Source of the DNA: a virus
Direction: 5' to 3' (one strand)
Virus record (IMG/VR): IMGVR_UViG_3300022188_000226
Coordinates: 32,001-96,000 of that record
Length of the DNA: 64,000 nt
Below the pieces are notes generated by a model. The model was not told the origin of the DNA and did not search any database. It saw nothing but the letters and a program-made list of their open reading frames with translations. Positions 40,312 through 50,538 of this stretch are shown piece after piece; the first letter of the stretch is position 1, and the number at the start of each line of letters is the position of its first letter. The position numbers and the translations under genes are program-made.

Positions 40312-41297
40312 ATATAACATTAATCGGTTTAGGTTATTGGGGACCTAACTTACTAAGAGTTCTTAATAAAATAGGGGCATTACGATCAGCATACGATTTG
40401 GATGTGGAAAAGGTTAATAAATTCTCACACGATCCTTCTTATAAACACATAGAATTTGGGACAGACTACAAAGACGCTTTGACAGATGATATAGACGCTG
40501 TTGTTATAGCTACGCCCCCAAGTACCCACCATACTATAGCTGTCGAGGCTATGAAGTCCGGTAAACATGTTTTTATAGAGAAGCCTATGACATTAGATGT
40601 CTACGAAGCAGAAGATCTTACAAAAATGGCTAAAGCGTTAGGCCTTATTCTTATGGTGGGGCATATCTTTCTATATGTGCCTGAAGTTATAAAAATAAAA
40701 GACATAATAGATTCCGGTGAATTAGGTGATATTGTGTATATTCATGCATCGAGATTAAATCTGGGAAAATTTCAAAAGGCCAATGTAGTTTCTGATTTAG
40801 CTCCACATGATATATCTATATTCAATTTTCTAACTGATGATGATGTAGTTAGGGTGCATGCAAATGGTTATGGTTTTGTGAAGAAAGAAGTAGTTGAAGT
40901 AGCTAAGATAACTTTAGAGTATTCTCGTGGTATGGTGTGTGATCTTCATCTCAGTTGGTTGGATCCTAGAAAAAAGCGAGTTACTACTATAGTTGGTACG
41001 GAGAAGATGTTAGTGTACAACATGTTAGCTGAAGAGAAAATTAAAATATATAATAAGGGTGTTGACATACAAGATACTAGTGATCATGCTGCTTATATGT
41101 TGGCGTACAGACATGGAGATGTCTATTCTCCTTACACAGAAGTGTGGGAGCCTTTACAAAAAGAATGTGAATGTTTTATAGAATGTATAAACAAAAAAGA
41201 ATCACCACTCACTGATGGAGCAAATGGTGTGGCTGTAGTAAAGGTTTTAGACGCGGCTCTTAGTTCTTTAGAGACAGGTGGTTGGGTAACCCTCTAG
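40308..41297 (+). CDS. Gfo/Idh/MocA oxidoreductase (WbpB/WlbA-like sugar 3-dehydrogenase)
   Basis: GLGYWG, ATP..TH, GKHVFIEKP, DLAPHD. Confidence 0.88.
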   Translation: MNITLIGLGYWGPNLLRVLNKIGALRSAYDLDVEKVNKFSHDPSYKHIEFGTDYKDALTDDIDAVVIATPPSTHHTIAVEAMKSGKHVFIEKPMTLDVYEAEDLTKMAKALGLILMVGHIFLYVPEVIKIKDIIDSGELGDIVYIHASRLNLGKFQKANVVSDLAPHDISIFNFLTDDDVVRVHANGYGFVKKEVVEVAKITLEYSRGMVCDLHLSWLDPRKKRVTTIVGTEKMLVYNMLAEEKIKIYNKGVDIQDTSDHAAYMLAYRHGDVYSPYTEVWEPLQKECECFIECINKKESPLTDGANGVAVVKVLDAALSSLETGGWVTL

Positions 41298-41313
41298 AAA
41301 GGTAATTAAAAAT

Positions 41314-41787
41314 ATGGTTATGGCAATAGATAACGATGTTGTAATAGGTAAAGGCACTAAACTGTGGTTTCGTGATAAATCAAATATATATGGGTGTAGG
41401 ATAGGTAATAATTGTAACATAGGTACCTTAGTAGAGATAAGAAAAGGTGTAATCATAGGTGATGATTGTAAGATTCAAGCCTTTACTTTTATACCTGAAG
41501 GAATTAGTATAGGTAATCGGGTTTTTATTGGTCCACATGTTTGTTTTACTAATGATAAATATCCCAGAGTTGTTGGTAAATGGGATGAATTAAAAACAAT
41601 AGTGGAAGATGATGCTAGTTTAGGGGCAGGTTCAATTATTTGTCCCGGTGTTACTGTAGGGAAGGGAGCTATGGTGGGTGCAGGATCAGTTGTAACTAAA
41701 GATGTTCCGGCCTTCACATTAGTTGTAGGTAATCCAGCTAGAATCGTAAGGTTAGTACATAGTAAACCTTTCATTATCGATCTTTAA
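41314..41787 (+). CDS. Left-handed beta-helix N-acetyltransferase (WbpD/WlbB-like)
   Basis: Hexapeptide repeats, 'FIGPHVCFTNDKYPR', VGNPAR. C-terminal codons come from the IS607 left end. Confidence 0.88.
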   Translation: MVMAIDNDVVIGKGTKLWFRDKSNIYGCRIGNNCNIGTLVEIRKGVIIGDDCKIQAFTFIPEGISIGNRVFIGPHVCFTNDKYPRVVGKWDELKTIVEDDASLGAGSIICPGVTVGKGAMVGAGSVVTKDVPAFTLVVGNPARIVRLVHSKPFIIDL

Positions 41788-41859
41788 TATATCTTAATAA
41801 ATTAACCTTCTTAGTATAAAGAGGCTATAATTCAAATAAGATACTAGAATTACATTCTA

Positions 41860-42201
41860 AAAACGGAATCATGGTAAAGGAGATATGACGTTAATGATAT
41901 CAGAAGTGGATTCAACTATAAGCGAAAAGGGTTGCAATCCATTCTTCGACGAGCAATGTCAGGAGAGGCAATCAAACTTGTTTCTGCCTATAGAGATAGA
42001 ATCACAAGATTTAGCATTGAACTCATCTCACTTGCTATTAAAGAAAATGGTGGAGAACTCGTGGTTTTCAACTAAGCTACTTTATCCGCGGAACAAAAAC
42101 TTACAGCAGACTTACTTAACATCTTGCACGTCTTCTCCTGCAGAATGCGTGTTTATAAAAAGCAAGTCTGTGAGACTTTATCCAACCAAAAGTCAAGTTA
42201 A
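41860..42201 (+). pseudogene. tnpA: IS607 serine recombinase remnant
   Basis: Frame 1 reads RRYDVNDIRSGFNYKRKGL...AYRDRITRF...GGELVVFN*...DLLNILHVFSCRM. The catalytic YARVS region is absent and there is a stop at 42073-75. Confidence 0.85.
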
Positions 42202-43256
42202 ACTCTTCAAATGCTGGTTAGATTGTTCAAGATATGTTTATAACTGGACCATAGATTTCTTAAAATCTTGTATAGGATTTAATCTTAGTTGGATGACTAT
42301 TAAGAAATATGCTACAAAGTTACTTCCTAAATGGACTAAAGCAATACCATTTCAAGCCAAAGGGATTGCTATTAGAGAAGCTCATAAAGCGTTTTGGGCA
42401 GCTAAAGGTCGCCCTAAATTTAGGAGCAGAAAAAAGCCTTTACAATCTTGTTACATACCTAAATCAGCTATTTCTGATAAAGGAATTTATTCAAGAATAT
42501 CCGGTAAAGGTTTAATTTTTAAAGAAGTTTTACCAGAACAACTTATGGACAGCAGATTAGTTTTTCAATATAATCAATGGTTTTTGTCCGTACCCAGTAA
42601 TCACACAAATCGTGTAGCCGATAACCAAGGGCACGGAATTGTGGCTTTAGATCCTGGGATACGAACATTTCAAACTTTTTATTCTGAAACAAGTGCTGGA
42701 CATATTGGGCAATATGATATTGGTAGAATTAATAGGTTGTGTTATTATTTAGACAATTTGATTTCAAGAACTTCTAAAGTTTTTGGAAACAAAAAGAAAC
42801 GAATGAAACTTGCTCAAGATAGAATTCGTTTAAAGATTCAAAATTTAGTTAAAGAGTTGCATCATAAAACAGCTTATTTTTTAGTAAATAACTTCGATGT
42901 AATATTGTTACCGACATTTGGTGTTAAACAGATGAGTAAAAAAATCTAGTAAGTTAAGATCTAAAACTGTTCGTCAAATGCTAACTTGGTCCCATTATAA
43001 ATTCAAAATGTTCTTGAAAAACAAGGCATTAGAGTTTGGGAAGATTGTTATAGAAGTTTGTGAAGCTTATACTTCTGTGACAGAAAGTTGGTCAGGTAAA
43101 ATAGTAAATATTGGAGGATCTAAAGTTATTGGCTCGGGCAAAATAAAGCTCGATCGCGATCTTAATGGAGCTAGAAATATCTTCGTAAGATCTTTGGGAG
43201 ATTCACCCTCGCTGAAGAAATTAATATCTTCAGCGTGCGTTGTTAATAATTGTTAA
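41885..43256 (+). pseudogene. tnpB: IS607-type TnpB (TnpB-2) split by a +1 frameshift
   Basis: SWFS N-terminal motif, VALDPG, ILLP, VCEAYTS, DRDLNGARNI. An A7 run at 42938-42944 breaks the frame. Confidence 0.88.
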
Positions 43257-43270
43257 CGAAAAAGGATCGG
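43147..43270 (+). ncRNA. Putative omegaRNA scaffold of TnpB-2, copy C
   Basis: tnpB 3' end to right end, hairpin gctgaaga...tcttcagc, conserved in three copies. Confidence 0.65.
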
Positions 43271-43280
43271 AGTTTAAAAG

Positions 43281-44165
43281 ATGAGTAATACAATGTTATT
43301 TGCAGTTTGGAATAGGCCGGAAATGTTCGCTCTAGTTACAGAGAGTTTAGTGGAAGCATATAATTATTATCAGTTTCCAGATCTTAAATTTGTTTTTGCA
43401 GTTGAAGCTCCTAATGATCCTAAAGTGTTAGAGCTCATAAAGACGTTTCCATTTCCTGTAGAAGTTGTTCTTGTTAGAAACAAGCATTTTGGTTTAAGCA
43501 GAAATATATTGGAAGCCATGAAGGTGGCTATGGAAAAGACAGACGATTATGTGTTTTTCCAAGCTGATGACATAGTTGTGCATAAAACATTCTTTAAATT
43601 TTATCATACTTTAATTGAAGAGTATAAAGATAAATTTTCTGTACACAGTCTTGCGACATACACAGAAGGTGGTAACATCAATAAAGTAAACATAGGACAC
43701 GCATATGATGCTGCAGGAGCATGTATTTCTAAAGAATTTTGGACAGATTATATTGCTAAATGTTCTGATGAGTCTTTTTATAGTTATAGGTCTTATTTTG
43801 TTAATAGGTTGGATGAAATGTTTAAAGAGTATTTTCCTCACCCGTATAAGTTTAAAGCTGGTCAAGGAAAGCATAACCAACAAGCAGGGTTAATAAATAG
43901 ACTTGTAGATGTTGCTCTTATAAAAGAGGGTTACAACTCAACTACGGTTGATGTGGCTAGAGTACGTAATGTGGGTTTCTACGGAAGAAATAGACCTGGA
44001 AGTGGTTTAACAGGAGAAACTTTCGAAGATAGAATTAAAAATTTGAGAGAAATTATTACTGATCGTGACAGAATTTACGCTCATACAGCGACAAAACAAT
44101 ACAGTGATTATGTTAATTTTGATGAGCATCTGGATGATTGGGATGGGAGTATTATACTAAAATGA
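43281..44165 (+). CDS. GT-A fold glycosyltransferase
   Basis: 'AVWNRPE', 'GLSRNIL', 'FFQADD', 'RVRNVGFYG'. Confidence 0.7.
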   Translation: MSNTMLFAVWNRPEMFALVTESLVEAYNYYQFPDLKFVFAVEAPNDPKVLELIKTFPFPVEVVLVRNKHFGLSRNILEAMKVAMEKTDDYVFFQADDIVVHKTFFKFYHTLIEEYKDKFSVHSLATYTEGGNINKVNIGHAYDAAGACISKEFWTDYIAKCSDESFYSYRSYFVNRLDEMFKEYFPHPYKFKAGQGKHNQQAGLINRLVDVALIKEGYNSTTVDVARVRNVGFYGRNRPGSGLTGETFEDRIKNLREIITDRDRIYAHTATKQYSDYVNFDEHLDDWDGSIILK

Positions 44166-44923
44166 AATTGTCAGCGTGCTTATTGACATTCAACGAGGAT
44201 AGATGGATAGATCTTTGTATAGAACATATGTACGATTACGTAGATGAAATCGTATGTTTAGACGCAGGTAGTACAGATAATACTTTATCTGTTATAAAGA
44301 GGTATGATAAAGTTCGTTATTACGTGGTCCCACAACCGTCCCCACTTAGGGGTCGCCCAGGCTGGCATGAGGGGGATAGAAGAAATATTTTACAAAGTGC
44401 GGCGAGAGGGGACTGGATATTATGTTTGGGTTGTGACGAGCTCATTGAGGACGATGCTTGGGAAAATATCCATAGCTGGTTGGACAATGACAAAATGTTA
44501 GGTTGGGGGTTTTATAGAATAAACTATATGTATAGTTTTGATTGGCACAAACCCATTCATCAACCAAATAATGGTGGAGAGGTAAGAATTTATAGAAACA
44601 TTCATCAGATAAAGTGGGAGACAAATAATGCCCACAATTTCCTTAGATTTTATGAGGATAAACAATCAGCAGATAGAAATCTTATTAACAACAGTGTTCG
44701 TATGTATGACCATCCAGATGTTACTAACACAAAATATCTTATACACCACATGCATCAAATGGGGATAAGGGGCCACGAACCAGTGCACAATAGGAGAGAC
44801 GAGACACCAGGTATAGTGACTGAAGAGTACGTAAAGACTCACGGGTTCCATAAAACAATAGATAATAATTATTCAAATAAAATAAAGTACCCTCAGATAC
44901 TGCACGATAAAGACATAATATGA
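44162..44923 (+). CDS. GT2 family glycosyltransferase
   Basis: 'LSACLLTFNE', 'DAGSTDNT', 'GDWILCLGCDE'. ATGA overlap at 44162. Confidence 0.85.
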   Translation: MKLSACLLTFNEDRWIDLCIEHMYDYVDEIVCLDAGSTDNTLSVIKRYDKVRYYVVPQPSPLRGRPGWHEGDRRNILQSAARGDWILCLGCDELIEDDAWENIHSWLDNDKMLGWGFYRINYMYSFDWHKPIHQPNNGGEVRIYRNIHQIKWETNNAHNFLRFYEDKQSADRNLINNSVRMYDHPDVTNTKYLIHHMHQMGIRGHEPVHNRRDETPGIVTEEYVKTHGFHKTIDNNYSNKIKYPQILHDKDII

Positions 44924-45372
44924 ATCAGAAATTAAAAAATATAGCCGCGATAAAATATAATGCATCATTGTCCAACCCAACGTATAAATTGTTTGGTCAA
45001 CATACAGATGTGGGCGTAGGTTGTTTAGCTTTAACTAAACCAGTGCACATAAGAGGTGGGTGTGAGTTTGATTTGACTGGTAATATTACCATCGGACAGC
45101 ATACAGAGGTTTCTAAGTATGTTCATTTTTTTACACACAAACATAATTGGCAGGAATCTAGAAGACTTAGAAAGGATAATCAGCGAATAGAAGCGGTAGA
45201 TTTGATTATAGATGGGGATGTGTTTATAGGAGAATCTGCTTTAATTATTACTGTTAGACACATAGGCCAAGGGGCTGTAGTTGGTGCTGGTAGTGTTCTA
45301 ACAAAAGATGTACCTGAGTATGAAATATGGGCAGGAAATCCTGCTGTTAAAATAGGAGAACGAAATGATTGA
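44920..45372 (+). CDS. Hexapeptide-repeat acyltransferase
   Basis: 'IGQGAVVGAGSVLTKDVP..EIWAGNPA'. Confidence 0.85.
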   Translation: MNQKLKNIAAIKYNASLSNPTYKLFGQHTDVGVGCLALTKPVHIRGGCEFDLTGNITIGQHTEVSKYVHFFTHKHNWQESRRLRKDNQRIEAVDLIIDGDVFIGESALIITVRHIGQGAVVGAGSVLTKDVPEYEIWAGNPAVKIGERND

Positions 45373-46174
45373 ATTATCTGTTGGTCTTCCATTTTTTAGA
45401 TCTAAATATATAGGATGGGCAGCACTTGAATCTCTCTGCCTCCAAGAGAATATAAATTTTGAATGGGAACTTATTATAATGGAAGAAGCCAACGATCCAG
45501 AGGCTTTGGGTAAAGACGAAATAAGAAAATATGAGAATAGATTAAAAGCTGTGGGTTGTAAACATCTTAAGTATATTCCATTTAAAAAGTGGGTGCCTTT
45601 GGCTGTGAAACTTAAAAAATTAATAAATAGTTTTTCAGATTCAGAAGTGGCTATATGGAATCCAGACGATTATTATGCTCCTCCTAAATTATTAAGTACA
45701 GCATATGATGTTCTTAGTAATGATACAAGTATAGATTGGTTTTCTATACCCAAAACTATATTTTATAACATATCTGATGAAAAGACTTTGGTGTATGATG
45801 TCTGGGCAACTGCTCTTAGACGCAAAGATGATAGCACTGGACGAGCTTTTAAAACACCTTTACTAAAAGAAGCCACTAAATATTTCGACCAACGTAAGGC
45901 TGTTTGTGATGGTATGGTAAGAGATGCCTATAAAAAGGTTTTGAATCGCCCTATCGTCATGCATTTTGATAATACTGACAACTGGAAATGTGGGTTAAAT
46001 ATAAAAGGATTGAATAATGTTTCTAAGGGGCAGGAGAGGTGGTTTTGTAATATTAAGCCACCGTTATATAGCTGTGAGGTGGAACTAAAGGAATTTATTC
46101 CTGAACATGTTTTAAAAAAACTAATAGAATGTAAGAAATATTTAGAACTTCATAAAAGAGGTGTGGGGAAATGA
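45365..46174 (+). CDS. GT2-like glycosyltransferase
   Basis: 'LSVGLP...ALESL..Q...WELII', 'PDDY'. Confidence 0.7.
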   Translation: MIELSVGLPFFRSKYIGWAALESLCLQENINFEWELIIMEEANDPEALGKDEIRKYENRLKAVGCKHLKYIPFKKWVPLAVKLKKLINSFSDSEVAIWNPDDYYAPPKLLSTAYDVLSNDTSIDWFSIPKTIFYNISDEKTLVYDVWATALRRKDDSTGRAFKTPLLKEATKYFDQRKAVCDGMVRDAYKKVLNRPIVMHFDNTDNWKCGLNIKGLNNVSKGQERWFCNIKPPLYSCEVELKEFIPEHVLKKLIECKKYLELHKRGVGK

Positions 46175-46815
46175 CAACTAGAATATTTATAACGGGCTGT
46201 GCAAAGAGCGGAACAACATTATTGTTAAGATTATTTAATTATTTTGATAATATTTTAGTACTAACAAGTGGTGATAGTAACGAAGTCACGTTAGAGAGGT
46301 TGATAAAATGCGAATATGAGGGGGTTATCGTAGGTAAGAGAAAATGGAATTATATATTATCAGAAGTTTTACATGATGATATTTTAAAGAAACAAGAAAA
46401 ATTAATATTGGATAACGATATAAAGGTATTAAACATTGTTAGAGACGGAAGAGACGTAATTCTTTCAGATAATAAATATGTTCCTCCTAAGAGGTGGATA
46501 CACTGTGTAAAACAGCGTGAAGAATTAAAGGGGATAATACATCTTGAAGTTAGATACGAGGATATAATATATAAACCTGATGAAGTTCAGAAAGAAATAG
46601 GTAGTAGTTTTAATCTTAAAAATAAACAAAAATTTTCAGAATACCCTACTGGTTTAGCTAATGAAATTTTTAATAAGAAAGGGGGTAATCTGTACAAAGC
46701 TCGTCCTATCACGGATGTATCAATTCACAAGAATTTAACGGCGTACAAGAATATCTGTAACGATAAAGAATTGCCAGAATTTGAAAAATTATTAAAGGAG
46801 CTAAATTATAAATGA
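46171..46815 (+). CDS. Sulfotransferase family protein
   Basis: 5'-PSB 'FITGCAKSGTTLL', 3'-PB 'IVRDGRDVILS', 'VRYEDI...P'. Confidence 0.85.
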   Translation: MTTRIFITGCAKSGTTLLLRLFNYFDNILVLTSGDSNEVTLERLIKCEYEGVIVGKRKWNYILSEVLHDDILKKQEKLILDNDIKVLNIVRDGRDVILSDNKYVPPKRWIHCVKQREELKGIIHLEVRYEDIIYKPDEVQKEIGSSFNLKNKQKFSEYPTGLANEIFNKKGGNLYKARPITDVSIHKNLTAYKNICNDKELPEFEKLLKELNYK

Positions 46816-47492
46816 AACCTATAGGACTTATAGGGGGTGTCAGTTGGACATCTACCATGGAATACTATCGCCGACTTAATAGTAATTTTGACGTGGAGAT
46901 CCTCATACATAGCTTTAATTTTGCCGACATATTGAAGCATCAGAAAACAAACAACATAGAAGAAGAAAGTAGAATGTTAATAACAGCAGCCATGGGTCTT
47001 CAGAAAGCTGGTGCAGCAGTAATTCTTATATGTTCTAATACTACGAGTAAAACGTCAGAAATTGTGGCGAAATGTGTAGATATCCCTTTGGTCAACGTTA
47101 TAGAAGCTACTGCTAAGCATATTCATACTTCTGGTTTTTCTAAAGTTGGTCTTTTAGCTACTACACACACAGTAAATAATAAATTATATAATAAATATCT
47201 TGGCGATGTTGAAATAATATTACCGACTACAGAACAACAAGAAGATATACATAATATAATATATAAAGAGTTATGTAATAACATTATACTAATGCCTTCC
47301 AAAATGAAATACCTATATACTATATTAGATATGTGTAATAGAGGTGTTGAGGCTGTGATTCTAGGGTGTACTGAGATCCCTTTACTTATATCAAAAGATG
47401 ATTTAAATGACCTTACATTGCTAGGTTGTTCTATAGATGTTCCAATTATTGATACTATAACAGTTCACATTGACGCTTTGGGGAAATATTAA
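46812..47492 (+). CDS. Aspartate/glutamate racemase family protein
   Basis: 'IGLIGGVSWTST.EYY' with both catalytic Cys (CSNT, GCTE). Confidence 0.9.
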   Translation: MKPIGLIGGVSWTSTMEYYRRLNSNFDVEILIHSFNFADILKHQKTNNIEEESRMLITAAMGLQKAGAAVILICSNTTSKTSEIVAKCVDIPLVNVIEATAKHIHTSGFSKVGLLATTHTVNNKLYNKYLGDVEIILPTTEQQEDIHNIIYKELCNNIILMPSKMKYLYTILDMCNRGVEAVILGCTEIPLLISKDDLNDLTLLGCSIDVPIIDTITVHIDALGKY

Positions 47493-48598
47493 TGAGACTA
47501 AACAGGTATTATAGACACAAGAAGACTGGGAAAGTGTCCCGATTAATTTTAAATTTAATAGAAGATTCAATTACACTTAAAAAGAATGCAGCAACTATCA
47601 ATTTAATGGCTGGAAACACCCCATTTGAGGAGATAGAGGTTGTGACTCCTTTAGATACTTTGTCTGAAGAATATAAAGAGTTGAGTAAGGTCAAGGCACA
47701 CAGTGTACCTATATCTTGGAATAAGTTCATAGATAAATGTTGGGAAACATATTTGACCGCAGTTGATAACGTGTGGGATGATGATAAATTCCATATGGTA
47801 ATGCACTCTTCAGGGTACGACAGTAGAATTATGTCGTTGGCTCTGAAACAGTTGCATAAAGAAAATCTACTGTTTGTTTGCTTAGAGCCGGAGGGTTCGG
47901 TGTTTGAAAATATAATGAAGCATCAGGCTTGGTCTGAGGACAAGTACATGGTGTATAATAAGGGCATATCTTACGATGAATATTATAAGGAGGGGTTGGA
48001 CTATGATTTATGTTTAAAGATAACTAATGGTCCATCCGAGAGGCCCGTTAATCCAAATGGGGTCGCTTATTATTGTTTGCAAGCTGCAGGAAAAATAGAT
48101 AAGGATGAAAACATGCAGTTTCACGCAAATCAGTTTGCTGAAATTCTAAATAGCAAGGTTGTAAATTTTGAGCATTATTATAAGGAATTTTATTATTCTA
48201 GATTCAGTAGATTCTGGTCTACGTTTGATTGTAAAGTGTCAGACAATTATTTAGACTTCGACCTCATGAAGTTTATGATGGAAGCGAAGGTCTCTAATTG
48301 GCATACTAGAGACCAGCTTAGAGAAGAGATGATAAGACAAATAGATCCACATATGTTAAAATTTAAGAGGTGGACTTGGAATGAAGTTTATGGTCAGAAC
48401 TTTTTTAAGTTGTCTGACAGATTACACAAGAAAGCAGTAGAGGATTACAAAAATTCTTGGTTCTATAAAAATATAGATAAAGATATAAACAGTACATCTA
48501 AATATATGGTGTCAGCAACATTTAAGTGGTGGCAAAAGTGGAGTATGGGAGCTGTTACAGACTATCTTGTTAGTAAAGGATGCAATATAAAATTTTAA
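47492..48598 (+). CDS. Asparagine-synthetase-like PP-loop amide ligase without a glutaminase domain
   Basis: 'HSSGYDSRI' PP-loop variant, 'TPFEEI', 'YLDFDL'. Confidence 0.55.
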   Translation: MRLNRYYRHKKTGKVSRLILNLIEDSITLKKNAATINLMAGNTPFEEIEVVTPLDTLSEEYKELSKVKAHSVPISWNKFIDKCWETYLTAVDNVWDDDKFHMVMHSSGYDSRIMSLALKQLHKENLLFVCLEPEGSVFENIMKHQAWSEDKYMVYNKGISYDEYYKEGLDYDLCLKITNGPSERPVNPNGVAYYCLQAAGKIDKDENMQFHANQFAEILNSKVVNFEHYYKEFYYSRFSRFWSTFDCKVSDNYLDFDLMKFMMEAKVSNWHTRDQLREEMIRQIDPHMLKFKRWTWNEVYGQNFFKLSDRLHKKAVEDYKNSWFYKNIDKDINSTSKYMVSATFKWWQKWSMGAVTDYLVSKGCNIKF

Positions 48599-48608
48599 GG
48601 AGAAATAA

Positions 48609-49352
48609 ATGGATACACCTTTTGCAATATGTATGGGAACAGGAGAGATAGGTACACCTTTGTACGAATTAATCAGGGGCGTATTCAACACGTTACCGGT
48701 TGATCCTATTCATTTTCCAGGTAACGAGCTTACGACATGCAGCATCTTGCATGTTTGTATACCCGGAAACATTAGAAATTTTAATGAAATTATTATTGAT
48801 GCCGCTATATATACAGAGGCATCGTTTGTGGTTGTACATAGTACTGTGGTACCCGGCACTATTGACACTATACAAGATAAATTGACGGTACCAGTTATTC
48901 ATTCTCCAGTACAAGGAAAGCATGCGGGTAATCAGATGAAAAAAGATATGCTAAGATATCCTAAATATTTAGGGGTTCCTAAGACATTGACAGAGAAACA
49001 GGAAGGAGAGTTGGTAAAGTTCTTTGAGCTGGTAGGTTTTGCTGACGTTAGAATTATACGCGGTGTTGGTAATGTGGAGTGGCAGAAGGTGTTGGCTACA
49101 TCTTTCTTCGGTTATATGATAGCTTGGGCCCAAGAGGTGGAGAGAATTTGTGACGAATTTAACTTAAATTATGAGGCTGTAACAGATATCTTTAAACATA
49201 TAGAAGATATAATTCCGCCACATTATCCCGGAGTAATTGGTGGTCACTGTGTTATGCAGAATATAGAATTAATTAGTAAAATTCACGATTCTGAAGCGTT
49301 GGCTTTTATTAAGAAGTCTAATGATTTAAAAAAGAAACGTGATGGTGTATAA
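48609..49352 (+). CDS. Short UDP-glucose/GDP-mannose dehydrogenase family protein (WbpA-like)
   Basis: GTGEIG, 'HSTVVPGT', 'HSPV.G', catalytic 'IGGHCV'. No C-terminal domain. Confidence 0.75.
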   Translation: MDTPFAICMGTGEIGTPLYELIRGVFNTLPVDPIHFPGNELTTCSILHVCIPGNIRNFNEIIIDAAIYTEASFVVVHSTVVPGTIDTIQDKLTVPVIHSPVQGKHAGNQMKKDMLRYPKYLGVPKTLTEKQEGELVKFFELVGFADVRIIRGVGNVEWQKVLATSFFGYMIAWAQEVERICDEFNLNYEAVTDIFKHIEDIIPPHYPGVIGGHCVMQNIELISKIHDSEALAFIKKSNDLKKKRDGV

Positions 49353-49394
49353 CTAGTAAATAGATGAGTTTAATAATACAAAGGGGAATAAATA

Positions 49395-50498
49395 ATGAAA
49401 GTTAATTTCGTTGATTTGGTAAGCCAGTATGCAGTAATTAAAGATGATGTACTGTCTGATACAGAGGCAGTACTTAGTACTGGTGGATTTATAGGGGCTC
49501 AAGAATTTGAAGAAAAGTTTTCAGCTTTTCATGGAAAAAAATATTGTGTTGGAGTTGGTTCTGGTACAGACGCGTTATGGCTATCTCTGTTGGCCCTAGG
49601 TATTGGTATAGGTGACGAAGTGATAGTGCCTTCTAACACCTATATTGCTTCAGCATTCGCAATATCACACACTGGAGCAACACCAGTATTTGTTGACCCT
49701 AATCCAGAAACTTATGTTATAGATGTTGATAGTATAAGAAGTGCTATTACAGATAAGACTAAAGCAATAATGCCTGTACATTTATATGGTCACCCAGTAA
49801 ACATGACAAAACTAATGTCGTTTGTTAGTAGTAAAGATATATTTGTGGTAGAAGATTGTGCTCAATCTGTGGGTGCTTCGTGTTTAAATAAAAAGACGGG
49901 TACTTTTGGAGATGTCGGTTGTTACTCGTTTTATCCAGCTAAGAATCTTGGAGGTCTTGGGCAAGGAGGAGCAATAGTAACTGATAACGAGAGGTTGGCT
50001 ATAATGGTTAGGGAGTTAGGGAATGTTGGTAGGTCAGAAGGGTCTTGGTTTGATTATATTCATAAAGGATTTAATTCAAGACTAGACGCTTTAAATGCCA
50101 AATTTCTTAGTAGAGGGCTTAACTATTTAGATACTTGGAATAACGCACGTGTAAATTCTGCTGTAGTGTATTCTGAACTTTTAGATGGAGTTCCTGTGGT
50201 TACACCACAATTGCCTACTGACGATTTTTATCCAGTGTTTCATTTATATGAGATAAAATGTCAATCTGAAGTTGTTCGTGATGAATTAAAAGCTTTTCTT
50301 GGAAAAAAAGAAATAGCTTGCGGGCTTCACTACCCTATTCCATGTCATCGTCAGCCTGTTTATAAGGAGTTATTTGCCGAGTGCCCTATAGCTGATGAAC
50401 TGTCTAAAACCTTGTTATCGCTTCCTATACACCCAGGTTTAAAATATAGTGAGATAGTGTATGTCAGTGAGGCTATATGTGAATTTTTTGATAAGTAA
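49395..50498 (+). CDS. DegT/DnrJ/EryC1/StrS aminotransferase (WbpE/WlbC-like)
   Basis: SGTDAL, PVHLYG, EDCAQ, SFYPAKNLG, GFNSRLD, LSLPIHP. Confidence 0.93.
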   Translation: MKVNFVDLVSQYAVIKDDVLSDTEAVLSTGGFIGAQEFEEKFSAFHGKKYCVGVGSGTDALWLSLLALGIGIGDEVIVPSNTYIASAFAISHTGATPVFVDPNPETYVIDVDSIRSAITDKTKAIMPVHLYGHPVNMTKLMSFVSSKDIFVVEDCAQSVGASCLNKKTGTFGDVGCYSFYPAKNLGGLGQGGAIVTDNERLAIMVRELGNVGRSEGSWFDYIHKGFNSRLDALNAKFLSRGLNYLDTWNNARVNSAVVYSELLDGVPVVTPQLPTDDFYPVFHLYEIKCQSEVVRDELKAFLGKKEIACGLHYPIPCHRQPVYKELFAECPIADELSKTLLSLPIHPGLKYSEIVYVSEAICEFFDK

Positions 50499-50538
50499 AT
50501 TGTATAGTTGATAGTAAGGGAAAAGGAGGTGAATTTTT

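Larger units (their letters stand above)
41752..43270 (+). mobile_element. IS607-family element (degraded tnpA + frameshifted tnpB)
   Basis: Bounded by GG at 41750-51 and 43269-70. Removing it restores AAGGAG-N8-ATG and a natural gene overlap. Confidence 0.88.

Noticed and set aside
41752-41900. IStron (group I intron fused to IS607)
   Set aside because: The left region is short and AT-rich with no recognisable group I core, and the insertion does not need splicing to keep its neighbours intact.
27412-43270. CRISPR array suggested by the repeated ~125-bp sequence
   Set aside because: The copies are dispersed, long and match the tnpB 3' end. There is no repeat-spacer periodicity and no cas genes.
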